A model generated the notes under the pieces. That model was not told the origin of the DNA, searched no databases, and was given only the letters and a program-made list of their open reading frames with translations. Both the position numbers and the translations under genes were made by a program. Shown piece after piece: positions 50,577 through 61,316 of a stretch of DNA of 64,000 nucleotides (position 1 is its first letter; every line of letters starts with the position of its first letter). The stretch covers positions 4,092,001 through 4,156,000 of the forward strand of contig CAKKNE010000001.1 of NCBI GenBank assembly GCA_918797485.1, written 5' to 3'. This DNA is from Pelagomonas calceolata. Lineage: Eukaryota.

Positions 50577-50770
50577 TTTATTTGTCGTGAGCGCGCTATT
50601 CGAAATTTCGCAGCCCGCGCGGCAATGCGGCAGTGCTGGCTGTGCTTTGAAGGGCTCCGCTATGATAGTGTCCCGCTTGGTGCCTTGCTTGCAGGTGAAA
50701 ATGTCGGAGAGCTCCTCAATATAATTCGAGACCTAGCTAGTGCCAAAAAACATACTAGCATTACAATAGA

Positions 50771-52420
50771 TCACGCCGGCGGCGCCCCGTACGCCTCAGA
50801 GCGCGGCAAGAACGGGACGAGCCCCCGCAGCGTCCCAAGGAACCGTCGGAACAACACGGAGGCCCCGGCGCCCGCGCCGTGCCCGCGCACCGACGCCTCG
50901 AAGAGCGCGTCGAAGACGACGCCCGGTGGAATGGCAGACAAGTCCACGGTCTTGCGCAGCGGCCCGCCGCGCACGACGCTCTTCTCGACGTTTGGTATAG
51001 AGTAGTGGTTCCCGATGACGCCCGAACCCGACGCGTCGTCGCCGTGATGCGCGCCCCAGGTCGCGCCGCGCGCCAGCGCCGTGTAGCCGAAGGCCGACCA
51101 GACGTTGACGGCGACGGAGCCGTAGTTTAGTTTATCCACGACGGCTACCAGCATCATCGTGTTGAGCGACTGCGGGTGCAGCACCGTACAGCTCAGCGTG
51201 CCTCGGCACTTTTGATTCGCAAAGTCCGCCGCCTCCAGTAAACCACCGTCCACTTCCTTGACCGCGAGGAACGGCCCGAAGACCTCTTCGTCGAGCACCT
51301 CGTCACAAACGTCCCGCACGAAGCCGACGGCGTCCGATTCGGAACCGAGTGGCTTCATACCACACTTCACGAGCGCGGCGTCGCGCCGCTCGCGCGCGCC
51401 GGGGTAATAGGCCCGTTCGTCGCGCTGCCGTTTTAGCTCCTCGTCCACTAACGAGAGGAAGGCCTCGCGCTGCGGCCAGTCTCGTGATACGACCAGGACT
51501 TGCGGGCTCAAGCAGTTCGAGCCCCCATTAGCCTTCTTCGCCGCGACGACGTTCCGCGCTGCGACCCTGAGCTCCTTGGCCGTCCACGCGCCGCCGGCGA
51601 TCAACCAAGGCGTCACACAACCGAGCTCGGACGAGATTGCAATATCAGTCTTGCCCGCGGCGTCGAGCGTTCTACGGACCGCGTCGCGCGTCGCCTCGCC
51701 GCCCGTCAAGTGCACGTGCCCTATGAACCGGTGGGCGACCAACGTCGCGGCCGCGTCGACGCCCTCGTCCAGCGTCTGCGCGACGACGTCCAGCTCGATC
51801 AGCGGCTCCAAGATCGCCGCGTAGGGCTTGACGAGCCAGGGTCGCAGCGGGTGGTGTTTTAACATCACGCATTCTTTATTGATCAAGGCGCGCTGGAGCA
51901 CATCTATCAAAGCCAAAAAGCTCTGGTTGCCCGCGCCCAGTACTAAGGACACGGTGCCTTCGGCGGCCCGGGCTTCCGTCGCTTCGTGGTCGCCTCTTAT
52001 TATTTCGGCCGTCGCGCCCGGCACCGAGAGGCCGAGCGGCACGCGCTCGCCGTTCTCGAAGGCGTGGCGCGTCTCCGACGCCGGCGCCTGGGCCTCGATG
52101 AACGTCTCAAGCCAGTCGCTCACGACTGCGCCAAACACGTAGCGCGACCGCGACGCCGACGTGGCCTCGAGGTCCGTCTGGGCCTGCAGCCAGCCCGCGT
52201 CCCAGGGCTCCGTCCGCAAGCACTCCAGGCACGCCTCGGCGACGGCGACGCGCTCCTCGGGTTTGGATGCGGCCCAGCTTTTGGAGCGGTCGGCCAGCCT
52301 GGTGATGTCGCGCTCGAGGAGCGACTGGCTGGCGAGGCGCAGCTGCGTGCTGCTGCGCGGTGCTGTCCTTGGTGCCAGCAGGGCTTGTGTGCAGCCGGCA
52401 AACAAGAGGATTCTCAGCAT
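50771..52420 (-). CDS. Aldehyde dehydrogenase-family protein, probably plastid-targeted
   Basis: LVLGAGNQ, HVHLTGG, SELGCVTP, NGGSNCLSPQ (catalytic Cys), EEVFGP, LNYGSVAVN; signal peptide MLRILLFAGCTQALLAP. Confidence 0.85.
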   Translation of the reverse strand: MLRILLFAGCTQALLAPRTAPRSSTQLRLASQSLLERDITRLADRSKSWAASKPEERVAVAEACLECLRTEPWDAGWLQAQTDLEATSASRSRYVFGAVVSDWLETFIEAQAPASETRHAFENGERVPLGLSVPGATAEIIRGDHEATEARAAEGTVSLVLGAGNQSFLALIDVLQRALINKECVMLKHHPLRPWLVKPYAAILEPLIELDVVAQTLDEGVDAAATLVAHRFIGHVHLTGGEATRDAVRRTLDAAGKTDIAISSELGCVTPWLIAGGAWTAKELRVAARNVVAAKKANGGSNCLSPQVLVVSRDWPQREAFLSLVDEELKRQRDERAYYPGARERRDAALVKCGMKPLGSESDAVGFVRDVCDEVLDEEVFGPFLAVKEVDGGLLEAADFANQKCRGTLSCTVLHPQSLNTMMLVAVVDKLNYGSVAVNVWSAFGYTALARGATWGAHHGDDASGSGVIGNHYSIPNVEKSVVRGGPLRKTVDLSAIPPGVVFDALFEASVRGHGAGAGASVLFRRFLGTLRGLVPFLPRSEAYGAPPA

Positions 52421-53047
52421 GGTGGGTCGCACGAATGCACAGCGATGCGGAGCCGTTCGAATTCGAGCAATGAGCAGCGTTTTTGGTCTCTGAGGTAGAG
52501 GCTGTGCTCGAGGTTTTGTTGTGAGAGGGGGCAGCCATCAGCCATCCAGACGCCAAGCCGGAGGCTGGGCCTCTGTCGGGAGCCCTGAGACGCGTCCAGC
52601 AGAAGCATCGGGGGCCGGCAAAAACCCGCACTAAGCCTATGTTTACCCCCAACTCCCAGCCGTCCTGCGCTCGAAATCGTGCCGCCGCCGCCCATTGAAT
52701 TGACTGTGCGTTACGGTGTCGTTATTATAAGCTGTTGAAGCCGACCAGCGGCTGGACCGGCTGCCGCGAGGGCTTGCGCGGACGGCAGCGGCCGCGCTCA
52801 AAGAGGCAGCCACCGTTCGTAGAAGCGTTCCTTGCGCGCGCCGCCGCGGACCGCGCGCCCGACGTTTTCGGTCGACGGCGCACAAATAGAAACAAATCTC
52901 TCGCCGCGGCCCACCGTTCTACCCTCACGGGCTGCTCGGCCGCGTGCGAACGGCCGAACGGCCGTCGAGCACGCGACAAAGGGCCCTAGTGGCAGCCGCG
53001 TGGCCGAGCGCGTGCGAACGGCCGTCGCCGGGCACGCCACAAAATAA

Positions 53048-53458
<411 letters not shown>

Positions 53459-53528
53459 GTTTTGGCGCGAGAAGTCCTAATTTTGTCCCGAATATATATC
53501 CTGCTTGCTAGAACACACACATTAGTCA

Positions 53529-53585
53529 CGCGTCGACGGCGTACCGAGTCCGAGTCACGCGTCAGCCCGACACGCCGTCGACGCG
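53529..53585. repeat. Perfect 14-bp inverted repeat CGCGTCGACGGCGT / ACGCCGTCGACGCG with 29-nt spacer
   Basis: Read directly; lies between the convergent LC8 and glycosyltransferase stops. Confidence 0.75.
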
Positions 53586-53592
53586 GCGCCGG

Positions 53593-54357
53593 TCAGGGGA
53601 GCGCCGCCCAGGCCCCCGGGTCCGGGAAGTGCCGCTCCCGATACTTCGCGAGCGACGCGTCCCCCGCGATGAACCCGGCGAGGGTCCCAAACGCGGCCGC
53701 GTCCTTCTCGTCGAAACAACGCCTCACCGCATCGAGCTGCGCGATTTTCGGAGAGGGGTCGCTCGACGGCCGCCGCTGCGTATCAACCACAAAATTCGCG
53801 TGGTGGAGCACCAGCTCGTGGAGCAGCGGCGGCGCCGACGAGGACGCCCAGAAGGTCGTGGGAAGCCGCTTTACTGAAATCGACGCTTCATTGGCGAGGA
53901 GGTACCGGTTCAGTATTTTTTGATCTAACGTATTGGTAGACTCGAGATCCCGGAGCCATTTCTCGAGGAAGGCATCCATTCGCGGCGACGGCCGCACGAT
54001 TAAAAACCCGACGTTGCAGCCGCAGTCCGCGAACTCGCGCTGCACGAAGAGATCCGCGTCCGTCCGTAGCGCGTCAGTTATCGCGTCGTGGAGCCTCTGC
54101 AAGGATCCCAGAGGCTGGACGTCGACGTCGCTCCAGACGAAGGGTGTTGATGCTTCCGACGCAATTCTGATTAGCTCGCGGAGCTTGAACCGCTGCACCG
54201 GCTTCCCGCCCGCGGCGCGGCCCGGCAATCCGTTGAGGTCGTCGACGCGCGCGATCCGAGCGTCGAAGAGTTCACTGTCGAGGCCCGCTCGTAGTCGTTC
54301 CGCGAGGGGCCAGTGGTTGCCGTCGCTGCGGGCGTGCCACTCGAGGGCTGCTGCCAT
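53593..54357 (-). CDS. Nucleotide-diphospho-sugar transferase (GT-A fold, GT77-like)
   Basis: FVWSDVDV (DxD motif), CNVGFLIVR, DQKILN, LHHANF. Confidence 0.75.
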   Translation of the reverse strand: MAAALEWHARSDGNHWPLAERLRAGLDSELFDARIARVDDLNGLPGRAAGGKPVQRFKLRELIRIASEASTPFVWSDVDVQPLGSLQRLHDAITDALRTDADLFVQREFADCGCNVGFLIVRPSPRMDAFLEKWLRDLESTNTLDQKILNRYLLANEASISVKRLPTTFWASSSAPPLLHELVLHHANFVVDTQRRPSSDPSPKIAQLDAVRRCFDEKDAAAFGTLAGFIAGDASLAKYRERHFPDPGAWAALP

Positions 54358-54677
54358 TTGCTCGTGTCTCTCTGTGTCTTTGTGCGCAGCCGGTGCGTTG
54401 CTCAGTAGTGGACGACGCGCATCGATGCGACTGCTTACGGGTGTCGCAGGCTCCAGAACTGCGCTACTCCGTCCAAGCAGGGCTGATCACAAAACAAGCT
54501 CTCCCAGAGGCTCAAACAAACAATTGCAAAGCGCGACGTCGAAGCGTCCGGCGCACTCTGCGGCACGTCAGTACTTTCACGGCACGCAGCACAAAGGCGT
54601 GCGCCTGCGTAACTTAGACGGTACGGCTCTGTGCGCACACAAAATCACCATAGCATAAGCACAGCAGCCTAACACAA

Positions 54678-55646
54678 ATGGACACCCCAGCATCGGTCGC
54701 AGTCCGCACCGCCTTCGGTACCCGTGACATCGCGCAGCGCGTCGTTGAGTTCCTGCCGTTCGAAGAGGTCTGCGGGACGCGGAGCTTGCACGTCGGTCGC
54801 GGTCGCTTCGAGTCGCGGGTCGGTCGCTACTTCGGACGGCTGGGCGTCAAGGCCGCGTGTCGCGGGCTGCGGAACGCGGCGCGGCGGGCGTTGACGCGCG
54901 GTCGCTGGCGGCCGGTTTGCCGCCTGGCGCACGAGGGCGTCGCGCTCGTGCGGGAGTTCGCGCACAAGACCCCTCGGTCGTGCCCGACGCTGCTGACCGA
55001 TGCGTGGGCCCGCGACCGCGGAGCCGTCATGCTCACGCTCATGGCGGACCCGGTGTTCGAAGAGGCGACGTGGATCCATTCTATTTTTGGTAGAGAGCGG
55101 CCACCAATCAGTCTCGGCAGCCGATTTCTCCAGCTCGTCGAGCGCACCGCTTCCATTTCGCCGAGTAGAGCCCTCAGCCGAGATTCAAGCGGCTTTATGC
55201 GGATTATGGAGGCGTGTGAATACGCATTTAGGACTCTGAGAAGTGGCGATCTCTTGCTCAAATTGCTGTTCGGCTGGCTGCAATGGAGGACATCTTCCAA
55301 CCCGCACATGTTTTGGGGTCCTCCAGATTATGGGGGAGATTATAGGTCCCAAGAATTTTGTCCGGATATCGCAGAGCCGCTCGGCGCCGCGCTTGAAGCC
55401 TGGACGAATCCGATACGCGCTGCGCAGTTCGTGGTCGCCTGCTGGTCCTGCCGTGAAGTGTGGGACAAATTTCAGCCCCGTTGCTCGGCCCCCAATCTCC
55501 TCATCGACTGGGTGGCCTGGTTCTCGAGGCTGCGTTGGACGGATCGCGCGAAGGCACGCATCTTCGCCGACCACCTTCATGGCGTTGCCAAGGAAGTTCT
55601 CCGCAACGAGCCTGACCAAGATGACGAGGAGTATTGGGGGGGATAG
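54678..55646 (+). CDS. Hypothetical protein with F-box-like N-terminus
   Basis: DIAQRVVEFLPFEEV...VKAACRGLRNAAR resembles an F-box; remainder not recognised. Confidence 0.55.
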   Translation: MDTPASVAVRTAFGTRDIAQRVVEFLPFEEVCGTRSLHVGRGRFESRVGRYFGRLGVKAACRGLRNAARRALTRGRWRPVCRLAHEGVALVREFAHKTPRSCPTLLTDAWARDRGAVMLTLMADPVFEEATWIHSIFGRERPPISLGSRFLQLVERTASISPSRALSRDSSGFMRIMEACEYAFRTLRSGDLLLKLLFGWLQWRTSSNPHMFWGPPDYGGDYRSQEFCPDIAEPLGAALEAWTNPIRAAQFVVACWSCREVWDKFQPRCSAPNLLIDWVAWFSRLRWTDRAKARIFADHLHGVAKEVLRNEPDQDDEEYWGG

Positions 55647-55821
55647 TTGTGATAAGACATGAATTAGAATGTGACGGGTTTTCAGCGTGCGAGATTTGAG
55701 CGTGGCGGGGCGCGCACTCCTCTGCATTCGCGTTTTGCTAGCGATTTGGTAGTGTCATACACTCCTGCGCACTGCTGCGGTAGAATTTTGCATCGCTACC
55801 TGCGTCTCGCATAGCTTGGCC

Positions 55822-56898
55822 ATGGCCTCCCTGGCTGCTGCCATCGATGTCGACGCCGAGGATGCGACGAAGCCGTCGTCGCCGCGGATCATCGGCGGCA
55901 GCGGCGACGCTGCAGCACCGCTGGAGCTCGCGTCGTCGTCGGACGACGAGGCGCCCGCGCCCGCGCCGCCGCGCAAGCGCGACCGGGACGATTCCTCCTC
56001 GCACGAGCAGCCGCCGGCGAAGAAGAGAAACCCGTTCAAAGCCATGATGGGTCGAGAACGGCCGGTCAATTCGTACCTCGAGGATCCCGCGTCGTTCAAA
56101 TCCGGTGGGGTCGTAGGGCTCCCGGACCGCGTGCGCGCCCACACCGTGCCTCCCGTGAAGGGCCTGGTCGTGTTCCACGATTTCGTGACGGCCGACGAGG
56201 AGCGCGACCTCGTGCGCGCCGTCGAGCCGGTCCTGCTGGGTGGGAACCACATCAGTGGCGCGGGGCGCGTGCACCGGCACATGGGTTTCGGCACGGAGAA
56301 CCAGGGCGGCTACCCGTGCGTGATGAACCGCCGGGCGCAGAAAGTATGGGCGGGCACGCCTCGCGCGGGCACGTACGAGAAGGTCCCGATAAAGGGCCCG
56401 GACCCGCCCGCGGAGGCGCCGCCGCCGATTCCGGAGTGGGCGCAGCCGCTCGCGCGCAGCATCAACGACCTCGGGCTGCCGGCATTCCTGCCGACGCGGC
56501 TCGACTGCCTGCGCTACACGCCGCCGGACGGCCAGATCGGCGCCCACTCCGATGACCCCTGGTCTGGGCCGACGGTCTGCCTGCTGACGCTCGCGGCGGA
56601 GACGGTGATGACCTTCGAGCTGAAGGAGTCCGAGAAGCTCGCCCGGTACCGTAACCTCGCGCCGCTCCGCGTCCGCCTCCCGCCGCGGAGCCTCCTCGTC
56701 TTCACGGGCGATGCGCGCTGGAAGTTCAACCACTCGATCAAGCCCGCGGACATCAAGTACGGCGCCGCCGGCCAGCGGATCTCGCTGACGTTCCGCGCGA
56801 CGACGATGCCGGACGAGTGGAGCAAGTGGCGCTGCCAGCCCGACGGGTCCTGCACGGCCGCGAGCCCCTGTGCGTTGTGTAAGCCTCCGTGGTTGTAA
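55822..56898 (+). CDS. AlkB-like 2OG-Fe(II) dioxygenase
   Basis: GLVVFHDFVTADEE, YTPPDGQIGAHSD (HxD), LPPRSLLVFTGDARWKFNHSI, RISLTFR. Confidence 0.87.
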   Translation: MASLAAAIDVDAEDATKPSSPRIIGGSGDAAAPLELASSSDDEAPAPAPPRKRDRDDSSSHEQPPAKKRNPFKAMMGRERPVNSYLEDPASFKSGGVVGLPDRVRAHTVPPVKGLVVFHDFVTADEERDLVRAVEPVLLGGNHISGAGRVHRHMGFGTENQGGYPCVMNRRAQKVWAGTPRAGTYEKVPIKGPDPPAEAPPPIPEWAQPLARSINDLGLPAFLPTRLDCLRYTPPDGQIGAHSDDPWSGPTVCLLTLAAETVMTFELKESEKLARYRNLAPLRVRLPPRSLLVFTGDARWKFNHSIKPADIKYGAAGQRISLTFRATTMPDEWSKWRCQPDGSCTAASPCALCKPPWL

Positions 56899-56912
56899 GT
56901 ATATAAACAGTC

Positions 56913-57407
56913 TTACCGCGGCGTCTCCTCGGGCCCCAGAGCAGTTCTCTCCCCAGTAGCGGGCGCGTCGGCCTTCTCCGGCTCCGCGGCGAGCGCGTCG
57001 CCGAACTGCTCGAGGACTTTTTGTTGCAGCGTCGCGAGCCGCGCGAGGACGTCGGACACGGGCTCCCGCGTCGTCGCGTAGAGGACCACGAAGTGCGAGC
57101 CCCCTTCCAGCAGCTCGCCCAGGGCCAGGTGGCCGCCCTCGACGCAAAAGACGAGCGTCCGCAGGTCGCCCGAGTCCGACCGAGCCGGCAGCAAGGCCAG
57201 GTGCGCCCAGACGTGCGCCGCGATCGCGCTCACGGACCGCGGCGCCTCGACGCCGTCGAAGCCCGCCGCACTCAACGTCGCGCCCTTGCCCGTCGTGAGC
57301 ATGGCCCCTCCGCTTCCGCCCTGGTCGTCGACGTGCTGCTTGAGCAGCGCGTGGAGGTCCTTGGCGCGGATCATGCCCGTCGGGTCCGCCGCGGTGGGGG
57401 TCGCCAT
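56913..57407 (-). CDS. LAMTOR2: Roadblock/LAMTOR2-like protein
   Basis: MIRAKDLHALLKQ, AMLTTGKGATLSAAG, SAIAAHVW, CVEGGHLA, VVLYA fits the roadblock/LAMTOR2 pattern. Confidence 0.65.
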   Translation of the reverse strand: MATPTAADPTGMIRAKDLHALLKQHVDDQGGSGGAMLTTGKGATLSAAGFDGVEAPRSVSAIAAHVWAHLALLPARSDSGDLRTLVFCVEGGHLALGELLEGGSHFVVLYATTREPVSDVLARLATLQQKVLEQFGDALAAEPEKADAPATGERTALGPEETPR

Positions 57408-57601
57408 TGGCGCGGTCGCGTCGGCTGGCGTCTCTGTGGCGGCTGCAGCCTCTTGTGCTTGGACCAGCTGTGCTATCGGCGCAGCGGTGTGGAGTTGGAA
57501 GCAGCAGCTGGCGCGCCGTACGAGATGTGCTTGTCGCCGCTATTTGCCGTCGGCTGGCGACCTTTGCCGCGCGCAGCACAAGTTTTAGCCAAAGCGGGCT
57601 A

Positions 57602-57624
57602 GCTAGCGTCCAGTAAGACACTAG
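57602..57624. promoter_or_regulatory. CTAG motif variant GCTAGCGTCCAGTAAGACACTAG
   Basis: About 195 bp upstream of the LAMTOR2-like ATG. Confidence 0.6.
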
Positions 57625-57776
57625 CACGGGTTTTGCAGCGTTTTTACATCCTAGCACCGTAACAATAAGCCCCAGTCGCGTTTTCATACCCGTGTAGCAA
57701 TGAAGGCCCCCCGCTCCCACCCGGCTCGGGCTCATAAGTAAGGATAATAACTTACCGACACCACGGCCAAGATAAA

Positions 57777-59165
57777 TCAGATGAACACCGCCGCCCCGGA
57801 GTCCGCCAGCGCGACGGCCCGCTCGCCGAGTGCCTCTAACAATGGATCCTCTTTCGCATCCGGCCGCGCCGCCCGCACGTTCTTCGCGGCGCCGTCGTGG
57901 CCGCGCTTGCGCTTGCCTCCTCGGACGTCGTCAGCTTTCTCAAACCGCTTCGGCGGTCGCGAGGGTTCGACCTCACCGACCGCGCGCCACTCACCTTCTA
58001 CATAGGTCCCCGCCGTCTGCTCTTGAAAACAGCTACCAGGAGCGGCGCCCCTCAAACCTCGACGAGCGCTCACGATAGCATCTAAACATCTACGCTTGTC
58101 GTCGCTCTCCGGTAATTCAGCAAAAGCATTTGCCAGCTTGGTCAGGCGCGGCTCGGCGTACCTATGTAAAGCCGCGGGGCCCAGCGCGACCAAACATTGC
58201 AGCGCGCCGTACTTCGTCGCAAAAGGCTTGTCGCTATCCAGCGCGCCGCACAGCGTCTGGACGACGCGGGGCCTCAAATCCGTGAACCGGTCCCCGAACT
58301 CCTCGCAGATGGACGCGACGCATCGCGACGCGTCCTCCCTGACGAGCCAGTGGTCCGGGTCGTCTCCTCCACCCAACTTGCGAGCTACTACAAGTGTAAG
58401 GGCCGCGGGCACGAGCTGGTGCAGGTGGAACTCCACACCGGCACCAGGATTCATTGATAATGAACGAATAAACGTAGCAACGTACCGCAGCTGCTCGCAC
58501 GGCCTCGAGGTTTTATGCGCCTCGGCGGCTTCTCTCGAAGCTAATGCAGCTAAATGAGGTGCCAGCGGCCTTAGACCGGCGTCCCTTCGTAAAGATCGGA
58601 AGACCTCGCGCCGCCTGGCTTCGTCGCACTTGCCTAGTATGGCATCATCAACAGCTCTAACATACAGCTCCTGCTCGCGTCGCAACGGCGGCGTTTTGAG
58701 TTCTTTCGTCTTCGAGTCTTCGCGCGCGTCTCTACCATCGACGGCGAGCCACGATAAAGCGAGGGCGGCCTCGGGCGGCGCCGCGACCAATGCTCTTTGG
58801 CGCGCTTCCGCCTCGACGGCATCCAAGTCCAACTCCTTCGGCTCGAGAGTTGCTGAGCCATTTAAAGTAGCCACCAAACTTCGACGGGGATGGCCGAGCA
58901 CGCGCTCGTCTCCGAGTGACTCGAGAGCATCATTCAGGTCATCACCGGAGAGCCTTCGCCCGCGCCGCCGTCGGCACCGCTGCGCGGCGGCGTCGAGGAT
59001 CGTTCGCAGTCTCCTCTCAACAGCCACGGCGACGGCCTCCGCACAATCCGGATCCAAGGCCATCGGCGGATTCGCTGCCTCGAGCTGCGGCGCCGCGCCG
59101 CGGCAGACCGCCGCGGCCCAGGCGTGCACGAGGCGCGTCGCGTTTGTGTCCGCGTCGTCCGCCAT
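57777..59165 (-). CDS. TAF6: TFIID subunit TAF6-like
   Basis: Histone fold (VERRLRTILDAA...RRLSGDDLNDAL), LSWLAVDG, LRREQELY, SLRRDAGL, HLHQLVP, DHWLVREDAS, TKYGAL..LG. Confidence 0.85.
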   Translation of the reverse strand: MADDADTNATRLVHAWAAAVCRGAAPQLEAANPPMALDPDCAEAVAVAVERRLRTILDAAAQRCRRRRGRRLSGDDLNDALESLGDERVLGHPRRSLVATLNGSATLEPKELDLDAVEAEARQRALVAAPPEAALALSWLAVDGRDAREDSKTKELKTPPLRREQELYVRAVDDAILGKCDEARRREVFRSLRRDAGLRPLAPHLAALASREAAEAHKTSRPCEQLRYVATFIRSLSMNPGAGVEFHLHQLVPAALTLVVARKLGGGDDPDHWLVREDASRCVASICEEFGDRFTDLRPRVVQTLCGALDSDKPFATKYGALQCLVALGPAALHRYAEPRLTKLANAFAELPESDDKRRCLDAIVSARRGLRGAAPGSCFQEQTAGTYVEGEWRAVGEVEPSRPPKRFEKADDVRGGKRKRGHDGAAKNVRAARPDAKEDPLLEALGERAVALADSGAAVFI

Positions 59166-59718
59166 GGCTTTGCGATACTTTTGAGGCCTGCGCCCAGCCT
59201 CTGGGTCGCGGCGGCGGCGTGTAGCAGGCCCAAAGTACAGCTGAGTGTTTATGCTCCAGGGGCCGCGGGGCGTCGTCCGTGCGCGCTGTCCAGCTCGAAG
59301 CGGCTTTGGACGAGAGTGCTGTGGTACGCGACGCAGTCTCAGTCCCTAGGTTAGCACACCGCGCGTGCTATCGAGGCGGCGACCAAGCCAGGAGAGGAGG
59401 CCAAAACAGCTCAAATCGCTGCCTCCTGTACCGACGCGACAGCCGCTTCAGAGTTGTGATTGCTGCTTCGCGCGAGCCGTGCTCACTGAGATAAGGCCGC
59501 TGCAAGCGCCACTGTAGCCCCGCGCGCCGCCCCAGCAGCAATTCCCACCGAGCCACAGCCGGGTGCCGCGCACGCCGCAGAGCGGACAAGCCCTCGCGAG
59601 CACGATCGCGTCGCGCGCGTCGCCGCGGACGGATTTGGTGAGGGAGCTCCTCGGGTCGCCCCCGGTGCATTCGGCCAAGGCCGTCGCGGAGGCGCCGCTG
59701 ACGTACCGGAAGGCAGCC

Positions 59719-61128
59719 ATGGCCGAAGCAAATACAACAATGGGCGACTTGTTTGGAGAGTCGAGCGGCGAGGAAGAAGAAGTCGCGCCGGCGGCGGCCG
59801 TGCCGGATCCGCCGAAGGCCCGACGGCGCATCATCGACGACGACGACGACGACGACGAAGACGACTTCGCGCCGGCGCCGCCGAAACCTCCAAGTAAACC
59901 AGACGCGTCCATGAGCGACCTGTTTGGAGCCGACAGCGACGAAGATCAAACAGAAAAGAAGGACGAGACCCACAAGATGGAGGACTTGTTCGGCGCTGAT
60001 AGTGATGAGGACAAGCCCGCCGAATCGAAGCACCGCATGGAGGACCTGTTCGGGGACGACGAGGATGAGGAACCCGTAGCACAACCGGTCGAAGCTCCTA
60101 CTAGAAAGCTCCATCCCAAGAAACGTATCTTGGTGAAGGGCGACAAGGTCGAGAAGTTGATCCTGCCAGAAACACCAGCACCCTCGGCCACGGCAAAAGC
60201 CGCAGTTTTACGAGTGCCCAAATTTGTCGCCTTCGAGCAGTCCCCGTGGGACCCGGACAAGCCCCAGAAGGAATACGACGAAGGCCAGGCCGTGCTGCGG
60301 TGGCGGCTCGAGAAGGATATTCTCACGGGTGAGTCGATGCTCGATGAAAATAACAAACCGAAATGGACCAGTAACGGGCGACTCGTGAAGTGGTCCGACG
60401 GTAGTATGCAGTTGATTGTGGGGAGCGAGCGTTACGACATTGTCGAGAGACCGATGAAGTCGGAGCGACTATGTCTGCAGGCCAAACCCAAGTCGGGCGC
60501 CATGTGTCTCGTCTCGCAGAAGGCGCTCGAGACGGAGATGCGACTGAGGCCTCCATCACTATCGTCCGAAGCGCATAAGGCCTTCTCATTGAGAACTAAA
60601 AAAGCAGTGGTGAAAGCTAAAGGGGTCAAGGAGTTCTTCGCGACTTCCGATCCGGAGATGGACAAGCGGGCCCGAGAAAAACAAAAGGACGAGGAGATAC
60701 GACGCGAGGCGCGTAGGAAGGCGCGGGAGGCGCGCGGGAATTACTCGGGAGGGGGCTACGGTGGCCGGGCCGCGGCGGGCATGAACCGCGCCTTCCTCGA
60801 AGACGACGAGCCGGGCTTGTATGATGACGTCGGCGACGTGGGCGCGCTCAAACGCAGCACCAAGGCCGCCACGAACGAGGCCATTTTTGGGGAGAGCGAC
60901 GAGGAGGAGGATGATGGTGGGGACTTTGATTCGAGGATGAAGGCGGCGGGCCGGGCAGCTTCCGATGACGAGGACGAGGACGAGGCTCCTAAATCAGCCA
61001 CAAACGCGGACATCTTCGGCGAGAGCGACGACGACGAGGAGATGGCCGAGGCGCCGCCTCCATCAGAACCTGCCGTACAACGGAAGCGGCGCGTCATCGC
61101 CGACGAGGACGAGGACGAGGACATGTAG
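59719..61128 (+). CDS. LEO1: PAF1 complex subunit LEO1
   Basis: LRVPKFVAFEQSPWDP, VLRWR, SNGRLVKWSDGSMQLIVG, LRPPSLSSEAH; acidic DLFG repeats. Confidence 0.9.
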   Translation: MAEANTTMGDLFGESSGEEEEVAPAAAVPDPPKARRRIIDDDDDDDEDDFAPAPPKPPSKPDASMSDLFGADSDEDQTEKKDETHKMEDLFGADSDEDKPAESKHRMEDLFGDDEDEEPVAQPVEAPTRKLHPKKRILVKGDKVEKLILPETPAPSATAKAAVLRVPKFVAFEQSPWDPDKPQKEYDEGQAVLRWRLEKDILTGESMLDENNKPKWTSNGRLVKWSDGSMQLIVGSERYDIVERPMKSERLCLQAKPKSGAMCLVSQKALETEMRLRPPSLSSEAHKAFSLRTKKAVVKAKGVKEFFATSDPEMDKRAREKQKDEEIRREARRKAREARGNYSGGGYGGRAAAGMNRAFLEDDEPGLYDDVGDVGALKRSTKAATNEAIFGESDEEEDDGGDFDSRMKAAGRAASDDEDEDEAPKSATNADIFGESDDDEEMAEAPPPSEPAVQRKRRVIADEDEDEDM

Positions 61129-61316
61129 TTTTTACGTGGCTAAGGATATTAACATACGTGCTAGTGGACGTGTGCCCCGCGCGCCACGGTGACCCGAGAT
61201 TTTCGGGTGGTGATCTGGTGGTGACGCTCCTGCTGCTCTGCAACTCTGCTGCCCTGCACCTGGCCACCCGCACTCCCTGCCTTGGGATTTGTTCGGATTG
61301 AGCTCGACGCTGGGCC

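Noticed and set aside
55738..57735. 665-aa minus-strand ORF
   Set aside because: Arg/Gly/Ala-rich shadow overlapping the AlkB-like gene (antisense) and the LAMTOR2-like gene (other frame); expected in high-GC DNA.
59835..59865. (GAC)n microsatellite
   Set aside because: Encodes a poly-Asp tract in LEO1.
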